Source of the DNA: Desulfurococcales archaeon
Lineage (GTDB): Archaea; Thermoproteota; Thermoprotei_A; Sulfolobales; NBVN01
Assembly (NCBI GenBank): GCA_027064885.1
Contig: JAMOOZ010000064.1
Coordinates: forward strand, 1-55,488
Direction of reading: 5' to 3'
DNA length: 55,488 nt
A model generated the notes under the pieces. The model had not been told where the DNA came from, searched no databases, and was given only the letters and a program-made list of their open reading frames with translations. Positions 1-9,112 of the stretch are shown piece after piece. The translations under genes and the position numbers were made by a program. Each line of letters starts with the position of its first letter. Positions within the stretch are counted from its first letter, which is position 1.

Positions 1-205
1 TAAATTATGGTTTTTGAACTACAGTTAACAACCAAGTAGTATGGGACTGCCTTGCTTTAACATCGTTGTTCTACTGTGAATTAAACTTTAGGGGCAGTAT
101 GTTTGGGGCTCACAAAGTAGACAAAGAGTAGGCATTGGTGATTGAGCTATGCAGGTAATCTTTTTTATCCCCCTAGACGGTGCTTTAGGTTGGGTTGTCA
201 GTGCC

Positions 206-484
206 ATGAAGTTCTGCCCAAAGTGTGGCTCGATGCTCCTGCCGGAGAAGCGCGGTAGAAAGCTTGTACTTAGATGTCCGGAGTGCGGATACGAGGAAGT
301 TGTTAAGTCCTCAGAAACCGAGGAGTATAAACTTGAAGTCAAAGCATCTAGTTCCAAAGTGAAAACAACGTCCGTCGTAAGTGAGGAAAGCACAGTCAAG
401 AGAAGCGAGGAGGAGCTAGAGCAGGAGAAGGAGGAGTTTTACGAGGTCTTCTTGGAAATCATGAGTAGCGAAGAGGGCAGCTGA
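206..484 (+). CDS. Zinc-ribbon protein resembling the N-terminal ribbon of TFS/RpoM, with an acidic Ser/Glu-rich tail
   Basis: ORF 149..484 trimmed to the ATG at 206. MKFCPKCGSMLLP...RCPECGYEE has the CxxC...CxxC pattern. The rest is low-complexity acidic sequence, with no C-terminal TFIIS-type ribbon. Confidence 0.6.
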   Translation: MKFCPKCGSMLLPEKRGRKLVLRCPECGYEEVVKSSETEEYKLEVKASSSKVKTTSVVSEESTVKRSEEELEQEKEEFYEVFLEIMSSEEGS

Positions 485-531
485 CCCTTCTTCAAGCTTA
501 TTAAGCTCTCATATTTATCAGTAATTCTTGG

Positions 532-637
532 GCGGGGGTGCCCGAGCCAGGTCAAAGGGGTCGGGCTCAGGACCCTCACTGGGTGGGATCCCCGATGGCG
601 TAGGCCTGCGTGGGTTCGAATCCCACCCCCCGCACCA
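532..637 (+). tRNA. tRNA-Leu (anticodon CAG) with an intron of about 18 nt after position 37; CCA encoded
   Basis: Acceptor GCGGGGG/CCCCCGC, anticodon stem TCGGG/CCCGA, loop CTCAGG|intron ACCCTCACTGGGTGGGAT|C, long variable arm, T-arm GTGGGTTCGAATCCCAC, 3' ACCA. Confidence 0.85.
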
Positions 638-667
638 ATCTCCGTACTTGTGGGGAATACGTGAATA

Positions 668-1033
668 TCAATCCTTCTGTGAAGAAGCCTTTATTACACG
701 TGCATATTTAAGCACTTGTAACCAAAGCATTAAGGTTCTTAATGAGTACTCTTCGTTTGAAGAATTCCCGGATTTAAGAGATGTAAGTATCTCATGTATC
801 CTTCTTGCAGCGAAGTCCTCAAGCTCATCAAGCACCGCATCGGCTAATATCTCAACTGCCTCGCTCTCGGATTTGACAATTCTTACTGGACCATGAATTG
901 GGCAAATAATTTCGCCGCTTCGAAGCTTAAATAAGGGAGCACCACAGAGAGGGCATGACTTATCCAGCATCGTCGCTCCAGACCTCATGAGCTCTGCCAT
1001 TTTGCGAACAACCTCATTCCTGTTAGCAGACAT
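668..1033 (-). CDS. UPF0148 / autoantigen-p27-like zinc-ribbon protein
   Basis: The N-terminal segment [48 protein letters not shown] matches the family pattern (helix followed by a CPxCG...CP ribbon). Confidence 0.65.
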   Translation of the reverse strand: MSANRNEVVRKMAELMRSGATMLDKSCPLCGAPLFKLRSGEIICPIHGPVRIVKSESEAVEILADAVLDELEDFAARRIHEILTSLKSGNSSNEEYSLRTLMLWLQVLKYARVIKASSQKD

Positions 1034-1101
1034 CTTATCAGCCCTGCAGAATTATTCTTAGTTTAATTTATTATTCCTATGCACATACCCTATTCAAGGA
1101 G

Positions 1102-1395
1102 GTGGTCGACGTGGCGAGCCCCGGTATAGATAAGAAGAGTCTCAATGAGGCTAAAATAAGACAGGCTATGATCTTACTTGAGAAAATCATTGGCGACTCC
1201 AGTGTTCCCAGGAATATCAGGCGAGCTGCTATAGAGGCCATGAAAATGCTGAGAGACCTCTCCCTGTCACCAGGTGTGAGAGCAGCCAATGCCATAAGCA
1301 TACTAGATGAAGTATCGCAAGATCCCAACATGCCGATGCATACAAGAACTGCTGTGTGGAATATCGTTGCTGTACTATCAACAGTAAAGGACTAA
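1102..1395 (+). CDS. UPF0147 family small helical protein
   Basis: GTG start preceded by AGGAGG. The [16 protein letters not shown] motif and the 97-aa size are typical of the archaeal UPF0147 family. Confidence 0.65.
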   Translation: MVDVASPGIDKKSLNEAKIRQAMILLEKIIGDSSVPRNIRRAAIEAMKMLRDLSLSPGVRAANAISILDEVSQDPNMPMHTRTAVWNIVAVLSTVKD

Positions 1396-1444
1396 CACTC
1401 TAACGGTCTGTAGCTTAGCACTGATGTGTGAGGTACTCTAAATC

Positions 1445-2887
1445 ATGCCTATACGTGCTAGGGTCAGAGGAATTTATTCTACAGCAATATCTAAGATACT
1501 TCACGATAATGGCATTGAGCTAGTAGATGTAAGTCCAGTAATAGCGGAAAGACTAGGAATAAATGAGCAAAGGGGGAAACCTGCAGATGTCACTGTAAAG
1601 TCCGATGAGAACAACCCTTCACAGATATTAATACTAGGTTTCCCTGGCGAAGTACATGCTATCGGCTCAATAATCGAGAATACTGTACCGGACATAATAG
1701 TATATAGACCTAGGATAGGGTTGTACGCCACATTCAAGGCTCGTATAATAGGGCAAGAGGGACGGGAGTGCGTTGCAGAAACACCAGTAGGTCCAGCAAC
1801 TCTTGTAGATGAGCCAGAATGCATGAGTGGGAAGGAGATACCGGTTACTGTTGTTAAAGTTCCTGTCAGACCTGGAGAACGCATGGTTGTTTCCAGTAGA
1901 GTTAGAGTAGTTGGCAAATACGCGATAGTGGGGAAAGGCTCTGGTGTCTCATTCAGCAACTTTATTAGAAACAAGGAGCGCATATCAAGCCTATTGGAGG
2001 CATCTGCTCAGTATGTAAGACAGGGATTTAGCATTAGGTGGAGAAGCAATGCCGATGAGGCTAACTTAAAGGAAGTTATTAGCGAGATTCCACAACTAAT
2101 TTCTAAGTTAAAAGATGTTGAGCGTAAGCTAGCGAATGCGAAACCTTTGGAAGTAGTATACATAGGAGAATTTATGAGGTTAATAGAACTCACCTACAAC
2201 TCGAAAAAATACCTAGATGCTGTTCGAGACGAGGTTGCGCCGACCGCACCCTATCATCATATACTTAGGTCAGACGAGACCCGAAATAATGGACTCGTAG
2301 ACTTACTAGATATTATAGCTACTGAAGTAAACAGCTCTAAGCTAGCCGCCCTAATAAGAAAGTGGATAGCACATAGGCTAAGCAGTAAACGCGACATAAT
2401 CCTCCTTCATAAAAGAATTACTAAGAAGAATGTAGTGCTAGGAAAGGCAAAACCCATCCAGATAATTGACAACGGAGGCATAAGCGCTATCGTAAAAAGG
2501 AATGTTAAATCAGCGGGAGAGTACGACGGGTTAAGCGTACCTAAAGAGCCTGGAGACAAGATCTTAACGTACATTGTGGAGAGATCTTGGATTACTGAGC
2601 ATAGGTACTTTGATAAAAACGGTAACTTAAAGGGAGTATATGTAAACGTGAATACCCCGCCTGAGTTCCTCCCTTCAGGTCAGGTGCAATACGTTGACCT
2701 AGAGGTAGACTTAGTTAGGGCTTTAGACGAACCTTGCAGAATCATTGACAGCAAGCTATTCTTAGCCTTAGTTAAGGGAGGATACATTCAAGGCGACGTC
2801 TACATTAAGACGCTTAAAGCCATAGATGAAGCCATCAATAAGTACTGTACAAAAGGCGCACTTAAGGAGTTAGCAGAGCAGACTTAG
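1445..2887 (+). CDS. FAU-1 / RNase E/G-like RNA-binding protein (probable ribonuclease FAU-1)
   Basis: 480 aa. N-terminus MPIRARVRGIYSTAISKIL is typical of archaeal FAU-1. The C-terminal region is DUF402-like. Confidence 0.75.
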   Translation: MPIRARVRGIYSTAISKILHDNGIELVDVSPVIAERLGINEQRGKPADVTVKSDENNPSQILILGFPGEVHAIGSIIENTVPDIIVYRPRIGLYATFKARIIGQEGRECVAETPVGPATLVDEPECMSGKEIPVTVVKVPVRPGERMVVSSRVRVVGKYAIVGKGSGVSFSNFIRNKERISSLLEASAQYVRQGFSIRWRSNADEANLKEVISEIPQLISKLKDVERKLANAKPLEVVYIGEFMRLIELTYNSKKYLDAVRDEVAPTAPYHHILRSDETRNNGLVDLLDIIATEVNSSKLAALIRKWIAHRLSSKRDIILLHKRITKKNVVLGKAKPIQIIDNGGISAIVKRNVKSAGEYDGLSVPKEPGDKILTYIVERSWITEHRYFDKNGNLKGVYVNVNTPPEFLPSGQVQYVDLEVDLVRALDEPCRIIDSKLFLALVKGGYIQGDVYIKTLKAIDEAINKYCTKGALKELAEQT

Positions 2888-3475
2888 TTTTGAACAGAGC
2901 AACTTTTTACACTCTAGGACGACTTTACTGAGATCCTGCGTCCCATCCACTAAGATTAACTCTCCGCTCCTAACTAAGTCCAGATATATTTCACGCACTC
3001 TTCTAACGAAGTCTTTACTGCTTTCCAAGTAAGGTATACGTGTAGTCGAGCGTTTCTTCCTTTGCAAACCTACCTCCTCAGGGACATCAAGGTATATGGC
3101 TAGATCCGGTCGTAAGGCGAAGTTATTTAACGTCCTTATCCACTCAAGGGAGACGCCGTGAGCACCTTGATATGCTAGGGAAGAATAATAATAACGATCC
3201 ATAACGACGATCGTGCCAGCCTGCAGGGCGGGCTTCACTAAGCATTCGATATGATTATATCTGTCAGCAGCCATAATTAATGCCTCGAATATACCACCTA
3301 GCACCGAGCCCTTCTTATTCAAAATCGATATCAGCTCTTTATCAAATGGTTCGTAAGTGTATAGGGCATTAAACCCTTTTCTCTTTAGTTCATTAACTAA
3401 GGTCTTTGCAATGGTCGTTTTACCAGCACCATCAATCCCCTCAAGTACTATCAGCTTTCCTTCGTCCCCAGCCAT
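2870..3475 (-). CDS. tmk: Thymidylate kinase
   Basis: P-loop LIVLEGIDGAGKTT and DRY motif (VMDRYYYSSLAYQ). Start trimmed to MAGDEGK at 3475, because the longer ORF to 3517 would overlap the upstream gene. Confidence 0.85.
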   Translation of the reverse strand: MAGDEGKLIVLEGIDGAGKTTIAKTLVNELKRKGFNALYTYEPFDKELISILNKKGSVLGGIFEALIMAADRYNHIECLVKPALQAGTIVVMDRYYYSSLAYQGAHGVSLEWIRTLNNFALRPDLAIYLDVPEEVGLQRKKRSTTRIPYLESSKDFVRRVREIYLDLVRSGELILVDGTQDLSKVVLECKKLLCSKLSLLC

Positions 3476-3498
3476 TTTATGCCACCTTATCCCCGATC

Positions 3499-3951
3499 TC
3501 AGCCTCGCTCTTGGCATTCTAGAGGAAAAACTTGCTTTTTCATTACTAAGACCGAGTCATGTATACAGAAAACCCTACCATCATACTTCTTAAGGTCCTT
3601 AATCACGCTACAGTCCACTAGCTTATAGAGCGGTATGCCCGCTATAACCGCGCCAACCGTTGTTACAACATCCTCATTACATGTGACTATAGCAACTGGT
3701 GCATTCCCGCTTCTTGATAACCCGTAAATCACGTAGGACCCCACCGTACTGCCTACTGCGGTAGGGTACAGCAGTATACTATCTTTAACATTACCTCCAT
3801 CACGTATTCTCCCCGATTCGGCATCCACGTCTCCAAGAAATGAAATTGGGTGATCGATAACCTTTAGCACCCCACAGAGTTCGTCGTGTTGCCGTATGCT
3901 CTCGACTACAACCTTTAACTTTACAGCGATGTTAGCTATGTCATTATCCAT
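3499..3951 (-). CDS. Aconitase X swivel-domain protein (DUF126); putative phosphomevalonate dehydratase small subunit
   Basis: ISFLGDVDAESGRI ... YPTAVGSTVGSYVIYGL ... NAPVAIV ... GAVIAGIPL matches the DUF126 pattern. It overlaps the DUF521 gene by 8 nt. Confidence 0.8.
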   Translation of the reverse strand: MDNDIANIAVKLKVVVESIRQHDELCGVLKVIDHPISFLGDVDAESGRIRDGGNVKDSILLYPTAVGSTVGSYVIYGLSRSGNAPVAIVTCNEDVVTTVGAVIAGIPLYKLVDCSVIKDLKKYDGRVFCIHDSVLVMKKQVFPLECQERG

Positions 3952-5143
3952 GCAACTTCACCCCAAATCTTTTGAGTATCTCCTTTCTGTCCATTATGAA
4001 AGACCTAACATGTGCTAGCCTGGGTAGGTAGTGTAGCGCCTTAGCTGAGTCTGTTACTACTTCTTCGACGCCTAGAAGATCCAGCCTAGTGACTACAGGA
4101 CACACACCCTCTACTATCTTCACTTTGCTACTGGGCTTTACTAGGATTTTGCTACATGGCAATGAGAAACACCCTGTTATGATCCATAGTTCTTCATTGC
4201 GTACATTGCTGTATGTTTTCTCCATGCGTAGAGTAATTTTACGGATTTCCTCCTTACTAACATGTGGGCAACCTATCACATACAGTCTATTGCCAGTCAC
4301 TTCTTGAGACGGGCTGTGCTCCTTAATGAAGGATTTGACATCCTCTTCAGATAGCTTCACGCGTTCTTGTATGTTGTCTTTCTTTACTCTTCTACGGTCA
4401 GGGGTAATCCCCTCTAGGAACACCATGGGAGCACTGGAAGTAGTCCCGACACCGGCTAGGAATGCTTTCAGCCACTCTTCTGGCGCCTTACCTAACCCTT
4501 CTACATAGGGTATTTTCGAGGGAGAGATCTTTCCTACTAAGTACCCTATTGCTGCCGCTTCTAACAGGGATGAAGGTTTTGGAACTTTAATTAATATTGA
4601 TGGGCACCGTTCTTCGTCCATATGCATTCCATAGTAAGGGGTCTTGCCCACTATGGCTTCAAGAAGAGCCAACGGACCGCCTTCACGATTGGTTTTCGCT
4701 CCAAGCACACTATTAGCGTAAAGCACAGCATTACTTTCGGCCCAAGCCAGGTGTTCACCTATCCCAGGCCTACGTATATGGTAGGGAGCGCACGTGAAGG
4801 CATGTGCCCCCATGCTGATTAATATGTTTATTATTTGTTCTTGATTGTCAATCACGTTCTTACTAAATCCTCTTCCATTGAAGGAGAGGTAATGCGCAGC
4901 ATAAGGATTAGCGGTCGTGAATACCGAGAATTTAGCCCCATTATTCGCTAGATCCCTGAGGAACTCAACACCGTGCTTCCCTATGTTGAAGTAAGAAATA
5001 CCTGATACATGCGCATGGCTTATATTAACTAGCCTCTCCGCGCCGAAAATTTCTCCTACTTTAACAATAACTTTAAAGGCTCGAGCCTTGACCTCCCCTT
5101 CATCGCCTCGAAGTACTTTCTCTTCCTCTTTGGTGAGGTACAT
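3944..5143 (-). CDS. Aconitase X catalytic-domain protein (DUF521); putative phosphomevalonate dehydratase large subunit
   Basis: 399 aa. N-terminus MYLTKEEEKVLRGDEGEVKARAF...GAERLVNISHAHVSG is typical of DUF521/AcnX. It is paired with DUF126 immediately downstream. Confidence 0.8.
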   Translation of the reverse strand: MYLTKEEEKVLRGDEGEVKARAFKVIVKVGEIFGAERLVNISHAHVSGISYFNIGKHGVEFLRDLANNGAKFSVFTTANPYAAHYLSFNGRGFSKNVIDNQEQIINILISMGAHAFTCAPYHIRRPGIGEHLAWAESNAVLYANSVLGAKTNREGGPLALLEAIVGKTPYYGMHMDEERCPSILIKVPKPSSLLEAAAIGYLVGKISPSKIPYVEGLGKAPEEWLKAFLAGVGTTSSAPMVFLEGITPDRRRVKKDNIQERVKLSEEDVKSFIKEHSPSQEVTGNRLYVIGCPHVSKEEIRKITLRMEKTYSNVRNEELWIITGCFSLPCSKILVKPSSKVKIVEGVCPVVTRLDLLGVEEVVTDSAKALHYLPRLAHVRSFIMDRKEILKRFGVKLHG

Positions 5144-5146
5144 ATT

Positions 5147-6448
5147 TCACCGCCCCCTAGGGTACGAGGGGCGCTCGTATTTGCTACGTTCTCCTAACGG
5201 GTAAGTTGCATCAATACCCATCTTAGTTACTATACCATCCTCTGCTGTGGGGTCTAGTGTAGAGCCACGTGCGTTATTTATTATTACTAAGCCTCGGTCC
5301 GCTCGGAAGCGGGTTGCTATAGCCCATTCCACGTCCCCTGGTTTATCCGGGTCAATGTCGTAATCAACTACAACTACGTGCTTTACGCTTGGGTGAGCAC
5401 CGAAGGCCGCCATGATAGCGGTCTTGCCGTCCCCATCGCTGTTTCTCTCAATGGATATTATCGCGTGAAGCCACCCACCACCTGCGGAAGTTAACCGTAC
5501 TTTAATTACTCGCGGAACTGCCTTACGGACAGCGTCCCAGATCGCGGCTTCTCTAGGAAAGCCCATAATGGTTTTGTGCTCCAGCCCCCCAGGGAGAAGG
5601 ACATGAAAGAACGCCCGTGAGCTTTGATTGAGGTAGATCTTTTCAACCTTAAGATACGGTTGTTTTCTTTTTCTGTCATATAGGTTAAGTAAATCTACGA
5701 ACGGGCCCTCATCAACAAGCTTACTTGTCAGCACGCCTTCAATTATGATGGCTGATGATGCATCCACAGGTATCTCATAGTTGGGTGTGTATACGATTTC
5801 AAGTCTCTCATTAGCTAAGTTCTTGTAAAGCGACAACTCAAAGACTCCTAGCGGGGGTGAAAGAGATGATGCTAGTAGGGTCAGTGGTGATGCACCAATC
5901 ATTATAGCTACTGGAGTTTCCTTACCTTCCTTTAAGTTGTCCTCATATATTCTATAAAGATGCCTTGGAACAATCCGTATTGCAAATCCTTTCTCGTCAC
6001 TAATCATGAGCCTGTGGACTGACGCGTTATAGGTGTCCGTGCCCGGTACGCGGGCAACAATGATAGACGTAGTGATGTACCTACCTCCATCTTTCTCATA
6101 GAACCTTATTGCGGGAAGATCCTTAACATTACCCTTGAACTCCGAGAAAATGCTTTCAAAGGATTTCTCTATGAACCAGTCGTTAGAGGGAGGCGATGCT
6201 AAGACCCTTCTGTAGGCATCTTCATCGCTTCTCACCCCCATCAAGGTGTAAAGATGTTCTCGTGTGGGTATTAATGAGCCAGCGCAAGGTAAAGGAAAGT
6301 CCTGAACATTAAATACCGCAGGAGTTCCCTTTCTCTCAGCTTCCTCTAATACCTTGGTTGGCTCATACTCTGTACTTAACGTCTTCTTTACAGTAATTAT
6401 GTTCCCTTGACTTCCGTAGTACCCCAAGAGCGATGCTATATCCCGCAT
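5147..6448 (-). CDS. UbiD-family decarboxylase; putative anhydromevalonate phosphate decarboxylase
   Basis: 433 aa with UbiD-like sequence throughout. It sits 3 nt upstream of the AcnX pair on the same strand. Confidence 0.75.
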   Translation of the reverse strand: MRDIASLLGYYGSQGNIITVKKTLSTEYEPTKVLEEAERKGTPAVFNVQDFPLPCAGSLIPTREHLYTLMGVRSDEDAYRRVLASPPSNDWFIEKSFESIFSEFKGNVKDLPAIRFYEKDGGRYITTSIIVARVPGTDTYNASVHRLMISDEKGFAIRIVPRHLYRIYEDNLKEGKETPVAIMIGASPLTLLASSLSPPLGVFELSLYKNLANERLEIVYTPNYEIPVDASSAIIIEGVLTSKLVDEGPFVDLLNLYDRKRKQPYLKVEKIYLNQSSRAFFHVLLPGGLEHKTIMGFPREAAIWDAVRKAVPRVIKVRLTSAGGGWLHAIISIERNSDGDGKTAIMAAFGAHPSVKHVVVVDYDIDPDKPGDVEWAIATRFRADRGLVIINNARGSTLDPTAEDGIVTKMGIDATYPLGERSKYERPSYPRGR

Positions 6449-7764
6449 CGTAGCACCCTACCTGTATCCTCGTAGTTGGGTGATAACTTTATTCTCCCAA
6501 CTACTAGAGCTGATATCTTACCACTGTAAGGCGTCCTGACCTTAATGACGTTATTGTTAAAATCTACGTCCTCGATTATGCCTAATGCTACATCCTTACC
6601 TTCCTCATCTAGGACCCCGACCAGATATCCGCTTAAGTCATCTTTTCGTACGGCATTGATTATGTAACTATGATCCGCACTCTCTCCGCACGTTATACTG
6701 TGTAGACCATCGCTTAGGACCACGTTTAGGTATTGCCCGTACAGTGAAGTGAAAAGCACTTTATCGCGTACTGGCTGTAGAGAAGGGCATAAAGTGATTG
6801 CCTCATCAATCGATATCCTCTGCCCTCCTAATACACAGGAACCTATTAGCCCAACTTCGCCTAGTCTTAGGCTCACGGTCTTCGATCCTGCGGAAAAGTA
6901 TTTTCTGTAGGCCTCTATCCTTAATCTTCTTCTTTCTTCTCTGCTTCTCTCCTTGACTTTCATTGGTGCTCTCGCCTTCAGCACCACAGTAAAGAAATTA
7001 TGACCGAGCACGGCGCGCATGATGTCGTAAATATCATTGCTTAGTGTGACAACGTGTGTTGGTCTTAACCATCTTATAATTGATACTTTGAAGTCCAGCG
7101 CCTGTTTGCTGGATACCCACCCGTCCGTATTCACTACTATGGTATCACACTCCAAGTTCTCGGCTTCCTCGATTAACTCACGTAACGCAGTAAGTACATG
7201 TAGCTGGCATTGCACATGACTGGGTGAGATACACCCAACGAATCTTATTCTCTCACACTTTAGTTCCCTTAACCACAGGAACTTCCTTAAGGGAAGGGCT
7301 AGGGAGAGTGTCCCTGGTACTGCGAGGTCTTCCTGCCCTACGTCTCCCTCTATGACACATACCTTGCTACCTCGCTCCATCATGTAATTGGCTATAAAGG
7401 CTGTTAGCGTGGTTTTCCCGGATTCTACTGGACCTATGATTATTACCTTCTTAATTTTGCGTGGGTCTTCACGAATGATTTTCGCCACATTAATCCAGTC
7501 ATCGATTACCTCCTCATCCTCGGAGGGTTCCTCTACGGACGCGCCCTCGCCAAGTGTCGCCTTTATCTTGGTGTCCTCTAAAGCCTTGATACCGTAGCTT
7601 CTTAGACTATGCACAACAAATGATTCTCCCCTCCTGTATATCGCACCCACTGCTAGCAGCGACCCGTCGAGCACTTCAACTCTTGCCGGGCCCACAATGC
7701 GCAGTATCTCTCCCGTCTTAAGCTCGAGTTCAACAAGCACCCCCGGCACCACATTTGCATTCAT
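6436..7764 (-). CDS. Clp1/Grc3-type P-loop polynucleotide 5'-hydroxyl kinase
   Basis: VIIIGPVESGKTTLTAFIANY ... VCVIEGDVGQ (Walker A plus the D.D.GQ clasp typical of Clp1). It overlaps the UbiD gene by 13 nt. Confidence 0.7.
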   Translation of the reverse strand: MNANVVPGVLVELELKTGEILRIVGPARVEVLDGSLLAVGAIYRRGESFVVHSLRSYGIKALEDTKIKATLGEGASVEEPSEDEEVIDDWINVAKIIREDPRKIKKVIIIGPVESGKTTLTAFIANYMMERGSKVCVIEGDVGQEDLAVPGTLSLALPLRKFLWLRELKCERIRFVGCISPSHVQCQLHVLTALRELIEEAENLECDTIVVNTDGWVSSKQALDFKVSIIRWLRPTHVVTLSNDIYDIMRAVLGHNFFTVVLKARAPMKVKERSREERRRLRIEAYRKYFSAGSKTVSLRLGEVGLIGSCVLGGQRISIDEAITLCPSLQPVRDKVLFTSLYGQYLNVVLSDGLHSITCGESADHSYIINAVRKDDLSGYLVGVLDEEGKDVALGIIEDVDFNNNVIKVRTPYSGKISALVVGRIKLSPNYEDTGRVLRCGI

Positions 7765-7806
7765 TAACTGAGGCTAAATTATTATACTGTCTCGCTTAAC
7801 ATTGCC

Positions 7807-8706
7807 TTGAAGGAATGCCCCAAAATGGTAGACGATATTTGCCTTGAAAGTGCGTTAGTTGAGGCATGCCGCCAGCTACAGTGTGAGTTACGCCAGATCC
7901 GTGTTATTAAATTAATGAAGAAGTATAGCCAACATTTTATGCGTTCCTGTAGGGTAGGCTACGCGTTTGTTAGAGAATTAAAAGAATTAGACCCTCAGAT
8001 TATTTTTGAGTTAGGGGCTGGTGCCGGTTTCCTAACAAGGTTCCTTGCAACATTAGGGAGGCCTGTGATAGCTGTTGAGGTGGATCCACGGATAGCCAGT
8101 ATTCTAAGCACCAACGTTGAGGATCTAATTCATGTCCACCCTCTTTTAGGGGATGGTATATGTCTCCTTGAAAACAGGTGCACCAGAGCTGATGTTTTAG
8201 CGTCGAACACACCATACTCGTTAACTGGACCGGTACTCATCGCATATGTACGTTCCAACATGAGGGCAGCTGTCCTAATGCTTCAACAGGAGGTTGCCAG
8301 AAGACTTACATCCACTCCAGGCAGTAAGGAGTACGGTCGCGTTACAGTTATGGTGAATTACTTCAACATAGTTAAGGTCTCAGCAACATTCAAGCCCAAG
8401 GACTTCATCCCTAGCCCAAAGGTCTCATCACAACTAGTGGTGTTGAAACGCATACGTGAATGGAAGCCCGAGCATACTCTTCTTGAAACCCTCCTGAGAT
8501 GCATGTTTTCACAACGCCGAAGACTCGCCAAGAACGTGTTAAGGAAGTGCCTAAGGTCCATTAGTCCGCACATTGATGAAGAAGCAATTATCGGAATCCT
8601 TAAGGAAAGGAGCTTAGAGAACGCCCGCGTATATGAGTTAGGCATTGACACGTACTCCGCCATATACGAGGCCCTCAAAGGTATTCTTGACTATGACTGC
8701 TATTGA
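7807..8706 (+). CDS. ksgA: 16S rRNA dimethyladenosine transferase KsgA/Dim1
   Basis: SQHFM, ELGAGAGFLT (SAM motif), AVEVD and SNTPYSLTGPVL. The true start may be the ATG at 7825 rather than the TTG at 7807. Confidence 0.85.
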   Translation: MKECPKMVDDICLESALVEACRQLQCELRQIRVIKLMKKYSQHFMRSCRVGYAFVRELKELDPQIIFELGAGAGFLTRFLATLGRPVIAVEVDPRIASILSTNVEDLIHVHPLLGDGICLLENRCTRADVLASNTPYSLTGPVLIAYVRSNMRAAVLMLQQEVARRLTSTPGSKEYGRVTVMVNYFNIVKVSATFKPKDFIPSPKVSSQLVVLKRIREWKPEHTLLETLLRCMFSQRRRLAKNVLRKCLRSISPHIDEEAIIGILKERSLENARVYELGIDTYSAIYEALKGILDYDCY

Positions 8707-8732
8707 GAAGACCCCTGTAGCTCGAATAGCAC

Positions 8733-9077
8733 TCACTCCGGCGAAGAGTGCTCGGGCTGAGGTGGAACCACTACTATAGCCTTGCCTGAAATCAATGCCT
8801 TCACTAATTTGCTTCGGCCACTATCCAGTAACCGCCATACCGTACCCCTAGAAACACCCATTATTTGGGCAGCCTCACTTTGTGATTTCTTCTCTACATA
8901 CACCAAACGCAGCGCCTCAAGCTCATCAGGAAGTATTTCCTCATAATCCATACCCGGTGGCACTGCAGGTGAGGGTATGTAGGCATACCCTCTTAAAGGA
9001 GTATGAATGAATCTTGGCTTAGGCATCCTGCCTCTTCCCATCCACCTACGCCATCTCCAAGGAGGTCCACCGGGCAC
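8733..9077 (-). CDS. DUF134/UPF0251 HTH protein
   Basis: MPKPRF...P motif followed by a sigma-70 region-4-like HTH (SQSEAAQIMGVSRGTVWRLLDSGRSKL). The start may be an internal Met near 9026. Confidence 0.7.
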   Translation of the reverse strand: MPGGPPWRWRRWMGRGRMPKPRFIHTPLRGYAYIPSPAVPPGMDYEEILPDELEALRLVYVEKKSQSEAAQIMGVSRGTVWRLLDSGRSKLVKALISGKAIVVVPPQPEHSSPE

Positions 9078-9112
9078 TTAGAGTCACCTCGTAAACCCTT
9101 GTAAATAATACC

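Noticed and set aside
528-896. The 122-aa plus-strand ORF from the track.
   Set aside because: Its 5' part is the translation of tRNA-Leu. The rest is antisense to the UPF0148 gene and is low-complexity (Ser-rich).
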